A stretch of 64,000 nt of DNA from Eledone cirrhosa (taxonomy: Eukaryota), in the NCBI GenBank assembly GCA_964016885.1, contig OZ024740.1, forward strand, positions 62,868,001 to 62,932,000, read 5' to 3'. This document shows, piece after piece, positions 36,866-50,506 of the stretch. The stretch's first letter is position 1, and each line of letters starts with the position of its first letter. Position numbers and translations under genes: made by a program. Below the pieces are notes generated by a model, which worked only from the letters and a program-made list of their open reading frames with translations, did no database searches and was not told the DNA's origin.

Positions 36866-37281
36866 CAAAACATATAGATATGCACATGCAGCTACACGTC
36901 TTAGCGCATATCTATGTGCAGCATCGAATAGCCTACCATTAATCCTTACTTCTAAAGTATTTACCTTATTATTCTTATTTTATTATTATATTATTATTGC
37001 TTGTGTTTTCCTCTTCCTACAGTTTTCTTTCCATTTCTTGCCTAAGGCAGCCAAACACACATTGATAAGCCACCAACATCAACACACCAGATAGTTCACG
37101 TCATGCACTTTAAACAGTTATATCATTTGCTTAATGCATCTGTACATTATCTCTTTGAAATCATATTTACAACAGAATGATATTCAACCATATAAGAGTG
37201 CACAATTATTTACACCTTACATAATTACGGAATATAATCAAATAAAGTTATGAAAAAAAATTACATAGATGTTTATCATTT

Positions 37282-37610
37282 TCACAGCGATAGTGTTCTT
37301 CTCAATATGTGTGCTGTACCAGTTAAAACAATTTTTTGCACTTCTTGCAGTGAGAATAAGCCAGGGATCATTCTAAAAAATATTTCTGTTCTTTTTTCGA
37401 TTATTTCTATTGCTCCAACAGTCACTAGTATTGTAACCATCTTGAGAGGCCACATTTTTCCAACTTCAATGATCAAACTTTTATGTTTACCGGGCTTGTC
37501 AAAGTCATTTGCCGCAATATTGTAATTACATGGGATGCTCATATCAATCACAAAATATACTTTGTTTTTCTGGCTTTTTTACCATAATATCCAGTCTGTT
37601 AGCTTTGATG
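37282..37610 (-). pseudogene. Old LINE 3' end (restriction-like endonuclease C-terminus)
   Basis: IDMSIP...EVGKMWPLK...VTVGAI...QKIVLTGTAHILRRTL parallels the end of the 25307-26110 protein. A similar remnant lies at about 13225-13420. Confidence 0.65.
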
Positions 37611-38439
37611 GGTCTGTCTGTATTATTATTATTATCATGGTGTTGGATTGGCAGTATCGGTAGAGCGTCCGACACCCTGATTCGTGGCATAGTTACGCCC
37701 CTTTACATTCTGAGTTCAAATCCCGCCGAGGTTAACTTTGCTTTTCATCCTTACGGGGTCGATAAAATAAAGTACCAGTAATGCAATGGGTAATTGCTGG
37801 CCTTGTGCCAAACGTAGAAACAATTATTATTATTATGATGTTGGATTGGCAGTATCGGTAGAGCGTCGGACACCATGCTTCGTGGCATAGTTACGTCCCT
37901 TTACGTTCTGTGTTCAAATCCCACTGAGGGTAGCTTTGCCTTTCATCCTTATGGGGTCAATAAAATAAAGCACCAGTATTGCACTGGGTCGATTTGATCG
38001 ACTTTCCCCTCCCGCCAAAAAGTGCTGGCCTTGTGCCTATATAAGAAACTATTATTATTAATTGTTATTTGTTCGTTCACTTGATGGCGCGTATTGTAGA
38101 TAGCTCCCGTATCTTAGTTGTTTGTTACCCATATAAATTGGTACTTTATCATTTTTCGTTTCGTTGAAAAGGGAACATAAGACATCAGTCTTTGCCTTTA
38201 AGAAGGGAGACCTCATCATATTTGGGCCTTTGTTCCACATACTTGAATGTTAAAATCCAATTGCTGCCTTAAAACGTTTGAAAAATGGAGGTTAAACACA
38301 CCTCCACATCCAGCCAGAGCTGCCAAATTCTGCATGAAATATTCAGACTGAACTTTGAAGAACAATAGTAACAACATTACCACCCTCACCTTTATCAACA
38401 CTACAACTATTGACATCACCAACAAAACCATCGTCACCA

Positions 38440-38720
38440 GTATGAAAACTACAACAACAAGAGCAACAACAAACACAGCAGCAACAGCAATAACAACAGC
38501 AACGACAACAAAACAACAGCAGTAGCAACAGCAGCAGCGAAAACAGCATCCATAACAATAACAATAGCAGCTGCAACAGCAACAACAACAAAAACGACGA
38601 TAAGAACAATGACAACAGCGGCAGCAACAACAACAACAACGGCAACAATAACAACGACAACAATGACAACAACAGCATCAGCAACAACGACAACAAAAAC
38701 AACAATAACAACTACAAACA
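38440..38720. repeat. Degenerate (CAA/CAG)n low-complexity tract
   Basis: Runs of caa/cag/gca that produce poly-T/A and poly-L/V ORFs. Confidence 0.85.
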
Positions 38721-39232
38721 CGTTCGCAGCAACGGCTGCGAAAACCATGGAACTATTTATAATGAACTTAACCAGGAGAGAGGAATTTTTGTCTCATGCA
38801 ACCAAACATGTAACAGTTGAGAAAACATGGGCCAATGTATGTGTTCCGCCTGAAATCTTGGCAAGGACAGAAAAGCCTTAACGTACAGGTGTATCGGCAT
38901 CATGTCTAAAAAGCCGGACCTAGCCTCACAATCCTACGTGGAGGTAGTCCTGAAGGGCTTGATGCCAGACACACAACACTTTACAAGGGACATACAGTTT
39001 GCTAGCATCTCAGTACTCCTCAAAGATGGGACCCTTGCAAAGAAGTACTCTGGGATCCCCTGTATAACGAACCAATTCGTAATGTTCTTCTCTTATATAG
39101 GAAGAAGGCCGGTGAAGGTCAGAATTGCTGGGATCTCGCCAGAATTAGACATCTAATGGATCCTCTTGGAGGGAAGTGAAACCCCTCTAGAAGTAAAGAA
39201 CAACCGGCGGGAGAACTGGTTTGGGATTAATC

Positions 39233-39367
39233 TGGCTTAGAGGTTAGAGCATTGGGCTTGCAATCGAAAGGTTGTGAGTTCAATTCTCGGACCAGGTGAT
39301 GTGTTGTTTCCTTGAACAAGACACTTTATTTCACGTTGCTTCAGTTTACTCAGCTGTAGAAATGAGA
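39233..39367 (+). mobile_element. tRNA-derived SINE family B with CORE-like block (second copy at about 51618-51745)
   Basis: GGCTTAG.GGTTAGAGC...GAGTTCAATTCTC head and CCTTGA(A/G)CAAGACACTTTATTTCACGTT..TCAGTTTACTCAGCTG shared by both copies. Confidence 0.75.
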
Positions 39368-40499
39368 TGATAGGACTGGGGTACCTATCATTAAATTACC
39401 CAAGACACCTCCAACGAGATATACATTGGAGGAGGCTAGCTAAACCTGCATAGGTGTGAACACACACACATTTCTTCAGGTCAAACCAGAGAAAATTGCT
39501 AATTCACTTTCCGAGTGGTGTGGTGTTATGTGTGGTCATAGAGGGTAAAAAGCCTAGGTTTCATTGATGCGTAGAAACCACTCACCTCTAACTACAGCAA
39601 TAAAAACACCAACAGCTAACATCAACAACAGCGGCACCTACATCGGCAGCAGCAACAACATCAACAACAGTGACAACAACATCAGCAGCAGCACCGGCAA
39701 AACTAACAACACCATTTACAGCAGCAACAGAAGCATCACCACTACCACTGACAACAACAATAGCAGCAAGAACCAGCAAAACCTTCTAAGGAGTCACCAA
39801 ACAAAGCTATCCCTCTCCTTTTCCGCCTCTCCTCACGCACTCTAAATACACCCTCACACAAAGATACAAACATACTAATCTACCACACCTAACCTAAAAA
39901 TAAGAATAAATGCATCTAACATCTCAAAACTTAAGAATAATTTAGAACAGGTTCAACGACTAGACAGAACATACACCAGATAAAAACCTGGTAACACACA
40001 AAACCTGGTAAACATCGATACCACTGCTAATACTAATACTAACGCAACTGGTGGATTAGTTACAGCACCGTATATCCTTCATACGGTTAAACACTGTGTC
40101 CTCGAAAAAGTCAGTAATACTACCAACAATAACAGCGCTAATTATATTAGCAACACCAATAATAATTGTTTCTACTTTAGGCACAAGGCCAGCAATTAAC
40201 CAGTGCATTACTGGTACTTTATTTTATCGACCCCGTAAGGATGAAAGGCAAAGTCAACCTCGGCGAGATTTGAACTCGGATCGTAAAGGGACGTAACTAT
40301 GCTGGAAAGCATGGCGTCCGACCCTCTACCGATACTGCCAATACACCAATAATAATACGAACATAACCAATACAAACACTACGAACCACATTATATTTAG
40401 ACAAGCAGCAATAAATAAAAGTTCTAATGATATAACCCACGCTAACCATGCCCCCACGGATTACCCTAGCAAGCCAAACTACAATTGCAAAATTAAAAC

Positions 40500-40905
40500 A
40501 AACTCCCAATTGGAAGGAAAATATCTAATTAGCAGCGTGATCTATCAATGTAAGCTAATTACAGAAGACAAAACGCAAGTATACATAGGAGCAACAGCCA
40601 ATTCCTTCAATAAAAGATATTATTTCCACACACACTTTGAAGCATAGTAAATTAGCCTGTACAACCTCATTAGCCGAGACAATTAACAAATATAACCTCA
40701 AACATATTAAATATAATCTGGAATGGAATATCCTGAAAAAAAAGAAAAGTCCTCTAATGGAGAAAGGAGTGCTCGCTTTACTCCAGAGATTTTCTAAATA
40801 TTGATTCCCAAACAGCCACTTTTATATGAAAATAAAAAGAGGAGCTTATATTATCCTGCAACCACAAAATCCTAAAAACTTTTAGATTCTACAAACCAAC
40901 CTAGC
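40500..40905 (+). pseudogene. Decayed Hydra-like PLE GIY-YIG fragment
   Basis: SSVIYQCKLITEDKTQVYIGATANSF, YNLEWNILK and SCNHKILKTFRFYKPT parallel 28465-29178. Confidence 0.75.
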
Positions 40906-41895
40906 CTCTAACTAATGACACATACATACATTCTTCTATTACCATATATACTCATATAACCTTTCCCGCTGAAGGACAACACATGCGAGCGATTGCAAGG
41001 CACCAATCGGAAAATCTAAATCTGGACCACTGTAAATCAACTATTATTATGGATTTCTCTATATATATGCATCCCGTAAAATAAGCAATTTCCTTTTATC
41101 CATCTTACCAATTACACCTATATAACAATAATACAATTTCAATTACGCAAGCTTCTAACTTTCATAGTTTATACTTAATCTCCCGGTGAGTACATACAAG
41201 CCAACGGAGTGCCTCGGACAGACAGCGAAACAAGTAGACGATTTAATAGCATTAAAACGTACATAAACATATTAGGGTACAGTAGCCCAGTCACCGTACA
41301 TAAGAGGGTACCTGGGACACTACACCCCCTACACCCCCCCTTTCGGTGTGGTTTATTATGTATGTAAAAATACACGAGCATGCGCGGGGGATGCACTATA
41401 TACCATAATTTAACCAATACGAAATGCACATAAATCAAGAGTATGAATCCGTCAATGATATCGACTATTGTGTGCATATGAGTATATATGTTGGAATCTA
41501 CACGTCTATGTGTACCAGGGTGTAACCCGGATGTAACCCGGATGTACCCGGATGTCTATCTGCCAAAGTATTACAGAAGAAACTGCCTGTTTCACTACCA
41601 AAGAACAACGAATTGACACTGGTTTCCCCGTTGATATTGCTGATACCTTCTCGGCCACCTCTACTTTTCCATCTTTGTTTTTATCTTTGTGTTTACGTTT
41701 CTGTTCACCTTATATTTAAATTATATGTATGCATACATTCAGATATCCACCCTCTCCCACTTATTACTATCCATTTAAATCCACAATGGATCTTGTTTGG
41801 ATATGGCTACACTATGGTACGCACCTGAACTGTAAGAGTCAGACAATGTACACTGATATCTACCTGTGTTTTTGTGAGCGCGTGTGCATATGTGT

Positions 41896-41928
<33 letters not shown>

Positions 41929-42071
41929 TGTTTCTTTATTAGCCACAGGGGAAGAAAAGAAGGGGACAAATACAAAGGGGGAAGTTTACATACAATAAAA
42001 ACGTGTAAAATGTTATCACAAATGCAATTTAAAAAATTAGTCGATTTATAGATAGAGAGATAGATAGATAG

Positions 42072-42414
42072 ATAATAGAATTAGGATTTAGCTTCAAGCA
42101 TAGCTGTATACAGATATGTATAGACATTTCGTATTTCTAAAGAAACATGGTATGTTTACAGCGTAAACATTTAGAAAGCCGTAGCTATGCAAACACCGGG
42201 GCTAACGCCCTCTGGTGGTGTCCAGCAGAAGCAAGGGGGAAAACTGTCTATGCATTTCAGACGTGACTGGTCTTCATCAGGACGGTCCCTCCCACGCTTG
42301 CGACTGCTGGACTTGAGAACAGTTGAGAATATATAGTTTTCTCATCGTGTATATGAGGTGATTAATCTCATTTGCATATGAAGCTGCATAATTTGGCTCA
42401 ACTTATAATAGAAT
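42072..42414 (-). mobile_element. Retrozyme-like monomer of family 6, circularly permuted relative to 36149-36582
   Basis: Starts and ends at ATTCTATTAT, a point internal to the 36 kb copy. Flanked by (GATA)n and (TA)n. Fragments also at about 9785-9895 and 61165-61255. Confidence 0.8.
42243..42286 (-). ncRNA. Minimal type I hammerhead (family 6)
   Basis: ACCGUC CUGAUGA AGAC-CAGUCAC-GUCU GAAA UGCA UA^GACAGU. Stem II covaries with the 36 kb copy. Confidence 0.85.
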
Positions 42415-43276
42415 AATATATATATATAAATGGCCTAGTGGTAGGTACTAGAGACGGTGGAGATCCCGGCCTTGGGTTCAATCCTGGTCAAGAGATGCAT
42501 GTAACCTTTTTCAGTTTTTATTTTCAACCAATACAAAAAAAAAAGAAAAACTGAAAAGGTTTATCGGGAACCCTATTCCCAACCAGGATGGAACTTCAGA
42601 CCAGGACCGCCACCGTCTATGATTCCTCCAACTAGGGGCCACTTAGACAGCTACGAAAGTATAATGAAAATTGATAATTTTAAACCTACTTTCAAAATAA
42701 AAGTTAAAAAGATGTGGTGTCGTTCATGGCTTTCCTAGAGCTGTTAGTAATATTTAGGATCGACTTCTGGTCATTATTGAGAGTCTCTGGATTTTGCAAA
42801 ATACATAATATTTTTTATTGGAGAAGGTAAGATATTTTTCCGCAAAAATTTGATTGCACTGTTTTGTTTCGACTTATGTATTTTTCGAAAATGTTGTTTA
42901 TTCATTATAAAAATTAAATGATAGCATTCTACATCTGGCAACCAATATGTTTAGACCCAGTCCGCCACTATATATATAATTTGGCAATGCCGATCTAATA
43001 AGTCCTTTGTTAACTTCGATCGAAAGTATTTTTTTTTTAGAACTTGGTTAACTTTCTGGGGAACTTTCTCGCATTCGTTGGTGATGATTATCAAACTGAT
43101 CTAAAGCAATAATGTGTTAGTGTATATATATATAAATAATTTCGATGTGTGTCTGGCGAAGTGTTAATGAGGTCTAAAGTAGATGTTACTTCCCCAGACA
43201 CACATCCAAATTCTTTATATATACAATAAGACACACACACACACACATACACATATATATATGTGTGTGTACCTAC

Positions 43277-43352
<76 letters not shown>

Positions 43353-43776
43353 TCACTAATACAGACTCATACCCTCTAAAACCACATTCCTAGAATAGAA
43401 TTTCTTTTACAATCCTATACCTTTTACGAGGAAACGGGCTGTGGGGAGGCCAGCACGTGGGACCCCATTTGCTCACCATACAGAGAGATGGGGAGGGCGG
43501 GAGAGATGGAGGCGATGGCAGTGGGAGTTCGGCTCTTCCACGTTCGGACCATATCCTTGTGGTTGTGTTCATTAAGCAGTTAATGAGTCAAGCAGTTAAT
43601 GTTTATGTATTGAAATTCTATATATCTCTCTCCCCTATGGCAATTGTCTCTAGCTTACATTTTCCCTCTTCGCCACCCCCATCTGAACTCTTGGCCAGTT
43701 CTTTAACACAATTGAGATACACACATATATACAGAATAATTCCTCTCCCTAAAACTATTTTTGGTCTGTTAAAAGA

Positions 43777-43823
<47 letters not shown>

Positions 43824-44095
43824 TTACTACTACTACTACTACTACTACTACCTCTCTCGCTATATATATAAGATTCCTTTTTAGACCCAGTCTTCTCCCC
43901 AAAAGAAAGATGAACAGACCGTCTTCAACACTTAATTTTAAATTCTTTTAAAATTCTTTTTAATTGTAATTTTCAACATTTGATAAAATAGATTACAACG
44001 ATACATCGTAACCGGTTATATATTATATATTTTATAATATACAACTCCTTTAAAAAAAAAAAATTGTTCTAATTTCTTTAAATAATGTTACTTTG

Positions 44096-44204
<109 letters not shown>

Positions 44205-44754
44205 CGTGAACCTAATACTAACGCCTTGTACTGCACTCTTCGTTATTGTTTTTGTTTTTTGTTTTAACTTATATATATCTATCTCAAAATTATTTTTGAA
44301 AAGCATTAGAAATGCGCAACCGGTAAAACTTAAAACCAAAACTGAATACTAACCAATACTATTACTAATTTTTACTTATTCCTAATTAAACTATTTTTCA
44401 CTGGGAACAAATATACAAACAGATGAAACAATCACGGGGAATAATTTGTAAAAGTGTGTAAGCACACATAGCTAGGTAGGTAACAAATTAAAGTTTAACT
44501 AGAACTTTAAATATCTTATAAATTGATTAATCTTCCTTGTATATATTTCATTAAAGAAATATATTTCACCACCAATCGGTAAACCACAGTAGCCAAATAA
44601 CGGATTTTCAACAAGGGAGATTTAACTATCTGTGTTTACACAGCAAATTCAAATCTGCGAATGACTAGCAGCACGTGTTGCATTTCTCAAAAATACACAC
44701 ATCGTACCAGCTTCATCCCAGTGGCGTGAATAGGCTTTCAACTGAGTTAGCTTT

Positions 44755-44807
<53 letters not shown>

Positions 44808-45948
44808 CGTTTTTATATTTATTTTGCGAGATTTCTTATCTGAAAACGTGTGTTGAAACAGATATTTTATACTTTGGGAGGGAGTAATTTGGTTGGTTGA
44901 TGAAATAAACCTTAACATACGTTAATACTCTAACACCTTAACATGCTAACCATGCCCCACCCCCCACATAACTCCCTCCCCCATTTCTACTAACGGAATC
45001 ATTTTCCTACACACACACAAATATATTCTCTCCATCTTAACATGCTAACCATACTCCCGCACACACATACACACATATAACACCCATACACACGCACACA
45101 ACTCCCTCCCCCATTTCTTCTAATAGAATCATCTTCCTACACACACCCACACACATACACCAGCACACAAATAAAAATACATATCTCTACTTTCTTTATT
45201 TCAATAGGAAAGTCTGAATTTTGACACCCCAGCATCTCAGCCATACTCACTGAACCAGAACAATTCTCCCTATCCCTTTTTTCTTGACCATTATCTTTTG
45301 TTTGGCACAACATTCTCTAAATGGCTACAAAAAAATTCCAAAATACGGGCGCGAAATTTAATGTACTTGTTCACGTGACAGTCATAATTTCATTTATAAC
45401 CAATCAAATTACATTTATAAAAAAAGCTTTCGTGAGCCACTTTTTTTTAAGTAAAAAGAAATTCAAACACAAACTGGTGCGAAAGTTGATGTGCTTATTC
45501 TCGTGACTGCATCAACCAACCAAATTTCAATCATATATGAAAAAATAATCTGAGCCCCCCTTTTTTTAAAGGCAAATATAATAAGAACTTTATAACGCGA
45601 ATTGGCGCGAAATTTATTATACTTATTCACATGACAGTCATCAACCAACCAAATTACTTTTCTAAAAACCTAGCATTTCGAGCCACTTTATTCCATATAA
45701 AACAGAAGTAACATTCGAACACCAACCAGATGCGAGAAAAACCACAAACCCTCCATCTCAATTCTACTTTTGAAAAGCACACAAGAACTGCGAAACCGGT
45801 AAGGAACCAAATAAATATATAATTTAAAAAAAAAAAGACTCCAGTTGCATTTTCGATTTCATCTTTTTTCCTTATACTTTCACTCGTGTAGGACATCTCG
45901 TTTTTTTTTCATTTTGTAAAAAAACCCTCACTTTCTAATATATATATA

Positions 45949-47516
45949 CAGTGCCCCGCAAAAGTTTACAACACATTAGGAAAAATGCGGTTTTAGGTAT
46001 TTTTAATAAAGTTAGGGTAATGAAAATTTAACTACCGATAGAACATATAATGAGGCATTTAATGATACAATCATAGTTTTAAAAAAATAACAAGGAAATA
46101 ACTCATGAAGAAAAATCAATATTTTTATAACGCAAAAGTTTACAACACATTTATTAAATCATCTCTTAATATTTCGTAGCGTAACCTTTGTTGCTAATTA
46201 CAGCCTGTAGGGCGTTTGGAGTTGCCTCCTACAAACTTCTTGCATGTTTCTTGGCTAATATTTATCCATTCTTCACAACAAATTTTCTTTAGTTCAGGGA
46301 TATTTTGGGGTTTCCTTTTTTGAATTCTCTCCACAAATTTTCGATCGGGTTAAGATCTGGAGACTGACATGGTCATTTTAGAACATTTATTCCATTCGTA
46401 CTTAACCAAGATTGTGTTAGCTTTGCAGTATGCTTTGGATTGTTATCTTGTTGAAAAAACCAACCTGGCTTTAAGCTGAGAGAATGTGCACTTTGGAAAA
46501 TACCTTTATAATAAGTGCCACTCATTATTCCTTCTATTATTTCAATATTTCCTACTCCTGTGGCACTAAAGCAACCCCAGACCATGATTGATCCACCTCC
46601 AAATTTTACAGTTGGAATAGTATTCTTCAGCGAATATTCAGTACCTTTCTTTCTCCAGACTTTTGCCACATCATTTCGACCAAAAAGTTCAATTTTTGTT
46701 TCGTCCGACTAAAGTACGTCTTCCCAAAATGACGTAGGTTTGATGAGATGCTCATTTGCAAAGTTTAATCGACGTATAACGTGTTTCCTCGTAAGAAGTG
46801 GTGTTTTCCTTGGAGACCTCGAGAAGATATTATATCGATGAAGTGAACGACTAATTGTATCTGTGCTCACTTTTACTCCACTTTCTTCTAGGTCATCCTG
46901 AAGATTTTTAAGAGTACACCGGGGTTCGTTGCCAACCTTTCTCGTCAATAACCGAGCTGCACGTTCCGTTATCTTTCTAGGACAACCAGAACTAATTAGA
47001 GGAATGATGAGATTTCCAGTGACGAATTATTGTACCAACTGAACTCAATGGCACATTTAGCTGACAAGATATCTTTCTATAACCAACACCAGTTGTATGA
47101 AGGTCTACAATGCGTTTACAGAGGTCTTGATCAATCAGTTTATTTTTCCCCATATTGTCAATGTTTACAGGACGGTTGTCAATGTTTACAGGATGGTTGT
47201 CAGACAAATAATGATGTAATGTTTTTAATAGTCCTTAGAAGTTACCTTAAACCTAATCTAGAACATTCTACTGAATTTTAAATCTGAAAATTTAAGAATT
47301 TTCTTGAAAAAAAGCGATAAATATAAAACGTGTTGTAAACTTTTGCGTTATAAAAATATTGATTTTTCTTCACCTTTTTATTTTTTTAAAAATATGATTG
47401 TATCATTAAATGCCTCATTATATGTTCTATCAGTAGTTAAATTTTCATTACCCTAACTTTATTAAAAATACCTAAAACTGCATTTTTCCTAATGTGTTGT
47501 AAACTTTTGCGGGGCA

Positions 47517-47519
<3 letters not shown>
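45949..47519 (-). mobile_element. Tc1 transposon with long IR/DR-type TIRs
   Basis: TA-CAGTGCCCCGCAAAAGTTTACAACAC ... GTGTTGTAAACTTTTGCGGGGCACTG-TA. TIRs of about 190-200 bp (45949-46148, 47330-47519) with an inner repeat CAAAAGTTTACAACAC. Confidence 0.95.
46166..47153 (-). pseudogene. Tc1 DDE transposase, inactivated
   Basis: MGKNK...GYRKIS HTH, VL*SDETK, TVKFGGGSIMVWGCF, FQQDNNPKH, *PCQSPDLNPIENLW, GYATKY*. Premature stops and deletions. Confidence 0.92.
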
Positions 47520-47559
<40 letters not shown>

Positions 47560-48906
47560 ATGCATATGCTATAAATTCGTATACAAGCTAGTTGATAAGC
47601 ATTAACTTTAAAGAACCTGTTAAAAGAATTTGGAAAGTTAGATTAGATTCGTGAAGTAATGCATTTATTACTTGTATATTCATCAATGGATTCTTCTTTT
47701 GTCGCACAGAGAAACTGACGTAAAATGAACCATCTGATTGATATATGTAAGTTATTACTAAATTCTTATCAGTAAAGACTGAGGGGAGCTCAAATTTCCT
47801 TCAGCATTTAAGACGAGTCTATTTTAATTATTCTATTTCTAGGTACAAACTGTTCTCATTTCCACAGTATATGTTAATAGCATAGATGTTAAATTACATA
47901 TAATTCTTATGTTAACAATATCTAGGTTATGTGAAATGATATATTAACTATTTAAAGAAAAATAATAAAGAATTTAGTATTGAGTCAAACGTAAAGAAAA
48001 AGAAAGTAGCATTGCAAAAATCTATAAATGAGAGGAAAAGGAGGGAAAGGGTGAGGATTATTAAATAATTGTTTCTACTTTTGGCAAAAGGCCAGCAATT
48101 ACCCTAGTGCATTACTAGTACTTTATTTTATCAACCACGTAAGGATGAAAGGCAAAGTTAACCTCTGCAAAGCATGGCGTCCGACCCCTCTACCGATACA
48201 GCCAATCCACCGACCCTTTATTATTGAAAATGACAGAAAGTTGGAAGAGAAGACGGTGACAGACTCTAGAACGAAGTCAGAGAGGTGTTTTGGTTGTGCC
48301 CCGTGGACAAAATGGCAATTGCACTGCCGCGGGCAATGACAAGCGTCCCCCGCTCCAAGATCCACCCAATCTCACGCGGCACCTTCCGCAGACGGGCTGC
48401 TATCATTCCGATTTTACAGTGCAGGTCAGCTGTATGGGTTCTCTGTGTGTTTTATGCAGTTTTGTTAAGTATTCAAGATAGAAATTTCAAAATTCGTATT
48501 TTTGCTTTGATGTTTTGTTCGCCACAATGATGTCGATATTATATTTAGAATGCAAAGAGATTTCGTATGCAAACAAATGCAAGGTGAAGGTACAGTTCGT
48601 TCAGAGGTTTGTTTAGCAACTGCGTGAAATTTCTCACTTTGTGTCATTTTGCGTGAAAAGTGTCTTTTACCATGATTACAAGCTGGATAGTACGGATTGA
48701 ACGGATAGCTGGATAGCTGAATTGAGCAGAATTTTATAGACGGAAACTGTACCACAGCCCGTGGTATATGCACGTGTACGTATATATGTAAGTAAGTAAG
48801 TAAATAAGTAAGCAAGCAGGTAAGTAAGTAAGTAAGTAAGTAAAGTAAGTAAGTAAGCAAGCAAGTAATTAAGTAAGTATGTATGTATGTATGTATGTAT
48901 GTATGT

Positions 48907-49585
48907 CGGGTCACTTTTAAATGGTACTGGTAACATGTTACCCAGTACAACCTGTCGCATGGTCGGTCGCCGGAGACTAAACCGGCAGCCCCACCAAGTT
49001 TACTTGGTGAGGAGGTTGATCTTGGACACCCTGCAGGACAAAACACAAAACCTGACAAAGGGCGCAAGAACTCATAAGAATCAACGCCTATCCCAAAATG
49101 TGTAAATATGTATATACATATGTACATATGTATGTATATGTATATATGTATATATGTGTATACATGTGTATATATATGCGCGTGGACATAGAAATAATCG
49201 AGCTGGATACCCTATCGCGCGGTTAAACCACTGGAGGTAAAGGACCCCTAGCCTTTGTCAGGACATTCTACTAGGAGAAGCAACTCAGGAAACTGGGATA
49301 ACTCCGATATAAAACCTGCGGCTCAGTAGTTACCGAGGATGTTGATATTTTCTTCTTTTCGGATTATAGCTACTGTCGCTCAGAGAGTGGGATTGGCTCA
49401 GTGCACAGTCTTTCCTCACTTTAAAAACAAATCTTTACTCACAGGCATTGCACGATAGCATTAATTAATTGTTTCTACTTTTGGCCAGCAATTATCAGAG
49501 TGCATCGACCCCGTAAGGATGAAAGGCATTAATAATTATTAATAATGTTATATCGTGCAATAACTAGAGGCAGCCATCATCATGT
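48907..49585 (+). mobile_element. Non-autonomous RTE-like element (same family as 26194-26800), interrupted, ending in (TATG)n
   Basis: Shares CCCAGTACAACCTGTC.CATGGTCGG, CCCCACCAAG..CTTGGTGAGGAG and CTAGGAGAAG blocks. Ends GCAGCCATCATCATG(TATG)n. Confidence 0.6.
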
Positions 49586-49633
49586 ATGTATGTATGTATG
49601 TATGTATGTATGTATGTATGTATGTATGTATGT

Positions 49634-50506
49634 GTGTTTTCTCTTTCTCTTAATTTCGAGTATATTTTTTTGAGCGGCCACCTTCCTGGTGGCAAGGTTG
49701 TAAAAGAAAAGAAATTGTCATCCCTTGAATCGCAAGAATGTTTTGCAAATTTTGAAGGTGCCAGCTATCGCAGCCATTTGTAGACTATGAATTAGGGAGC
49801 TGCGCTTTTTGTCCGCAAATCCAAGTTCAGTCATACTTTGGTCCAAGCGGGTTGGTATATAACCCGTAGCACCAATAATGATGGGTATGAAGCTAAAGGT
49901 GTATCTTGGATACTGGATTTGTAAACTCCTCATCAATGGTCCGTAGATGTCCTCCTTCTCCTGTATTTTTCTGACAACGTTTACATCAAGTGGGCAGCTG
50001 ATCTCCACAACAGAACACGTTTTCAATGTGTGGTCCCAAACTACAATATCAGGCCGGTTGTGCTTTAATTTGGTGGCAGTTTTTATTTTCAGGTTCCACC
50101 AGTATTCCTTAGTGCCATCTGTCTCAATATATTCTTCCTCGTTTGTTGTTAATTTTGTTTTCCGAAGTGCGTTCCAGATGGTTCTAGCTATCCCATCGTG
50201 TCTCATGGGGAGGTAGTAGCGAGATGACATTCTTTCGCAGCTGGCAACAATGTGGCTTACATCCTCGATCTTTGTTTTACATAGCCTACATTTATTGTCA
50301 GCTGCTGGCCCTCCTCTTTTGCGCAGCAGATATTTGGTAGGGAGTTCTTGTTCCTGTATTGCATAGAGATATCCCTGAAGGTGTGATGTCATAAACTTGT
50401 CGGAACTCCATGCCAGGCTTTTTGAGTGGTTTATCCCCTCTATGGTCTGTTTTACGCCTCAAGTATCCATGCACAACTTTTTCTGTAAATTGGTCAATTT
50501 TTTTTG
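49634..50506 (-). mobile_element. 5'-truncated copy of the R4/Dong-type LINE, flanked by (TATG)n on both sides
   Basis: Near-identical to about 25320-26193. ORF 49718-50392 encodes the CCHC and endonuclease region. Confidence 0.93.

Noticed and set aside
38725-39160. Possible gag-like LINE ORF1 remnant (also 18200-18790 on minus)
   Set aside because: Fragmented, with no intact zinc knuckle. Cannot be supported without a homology search.
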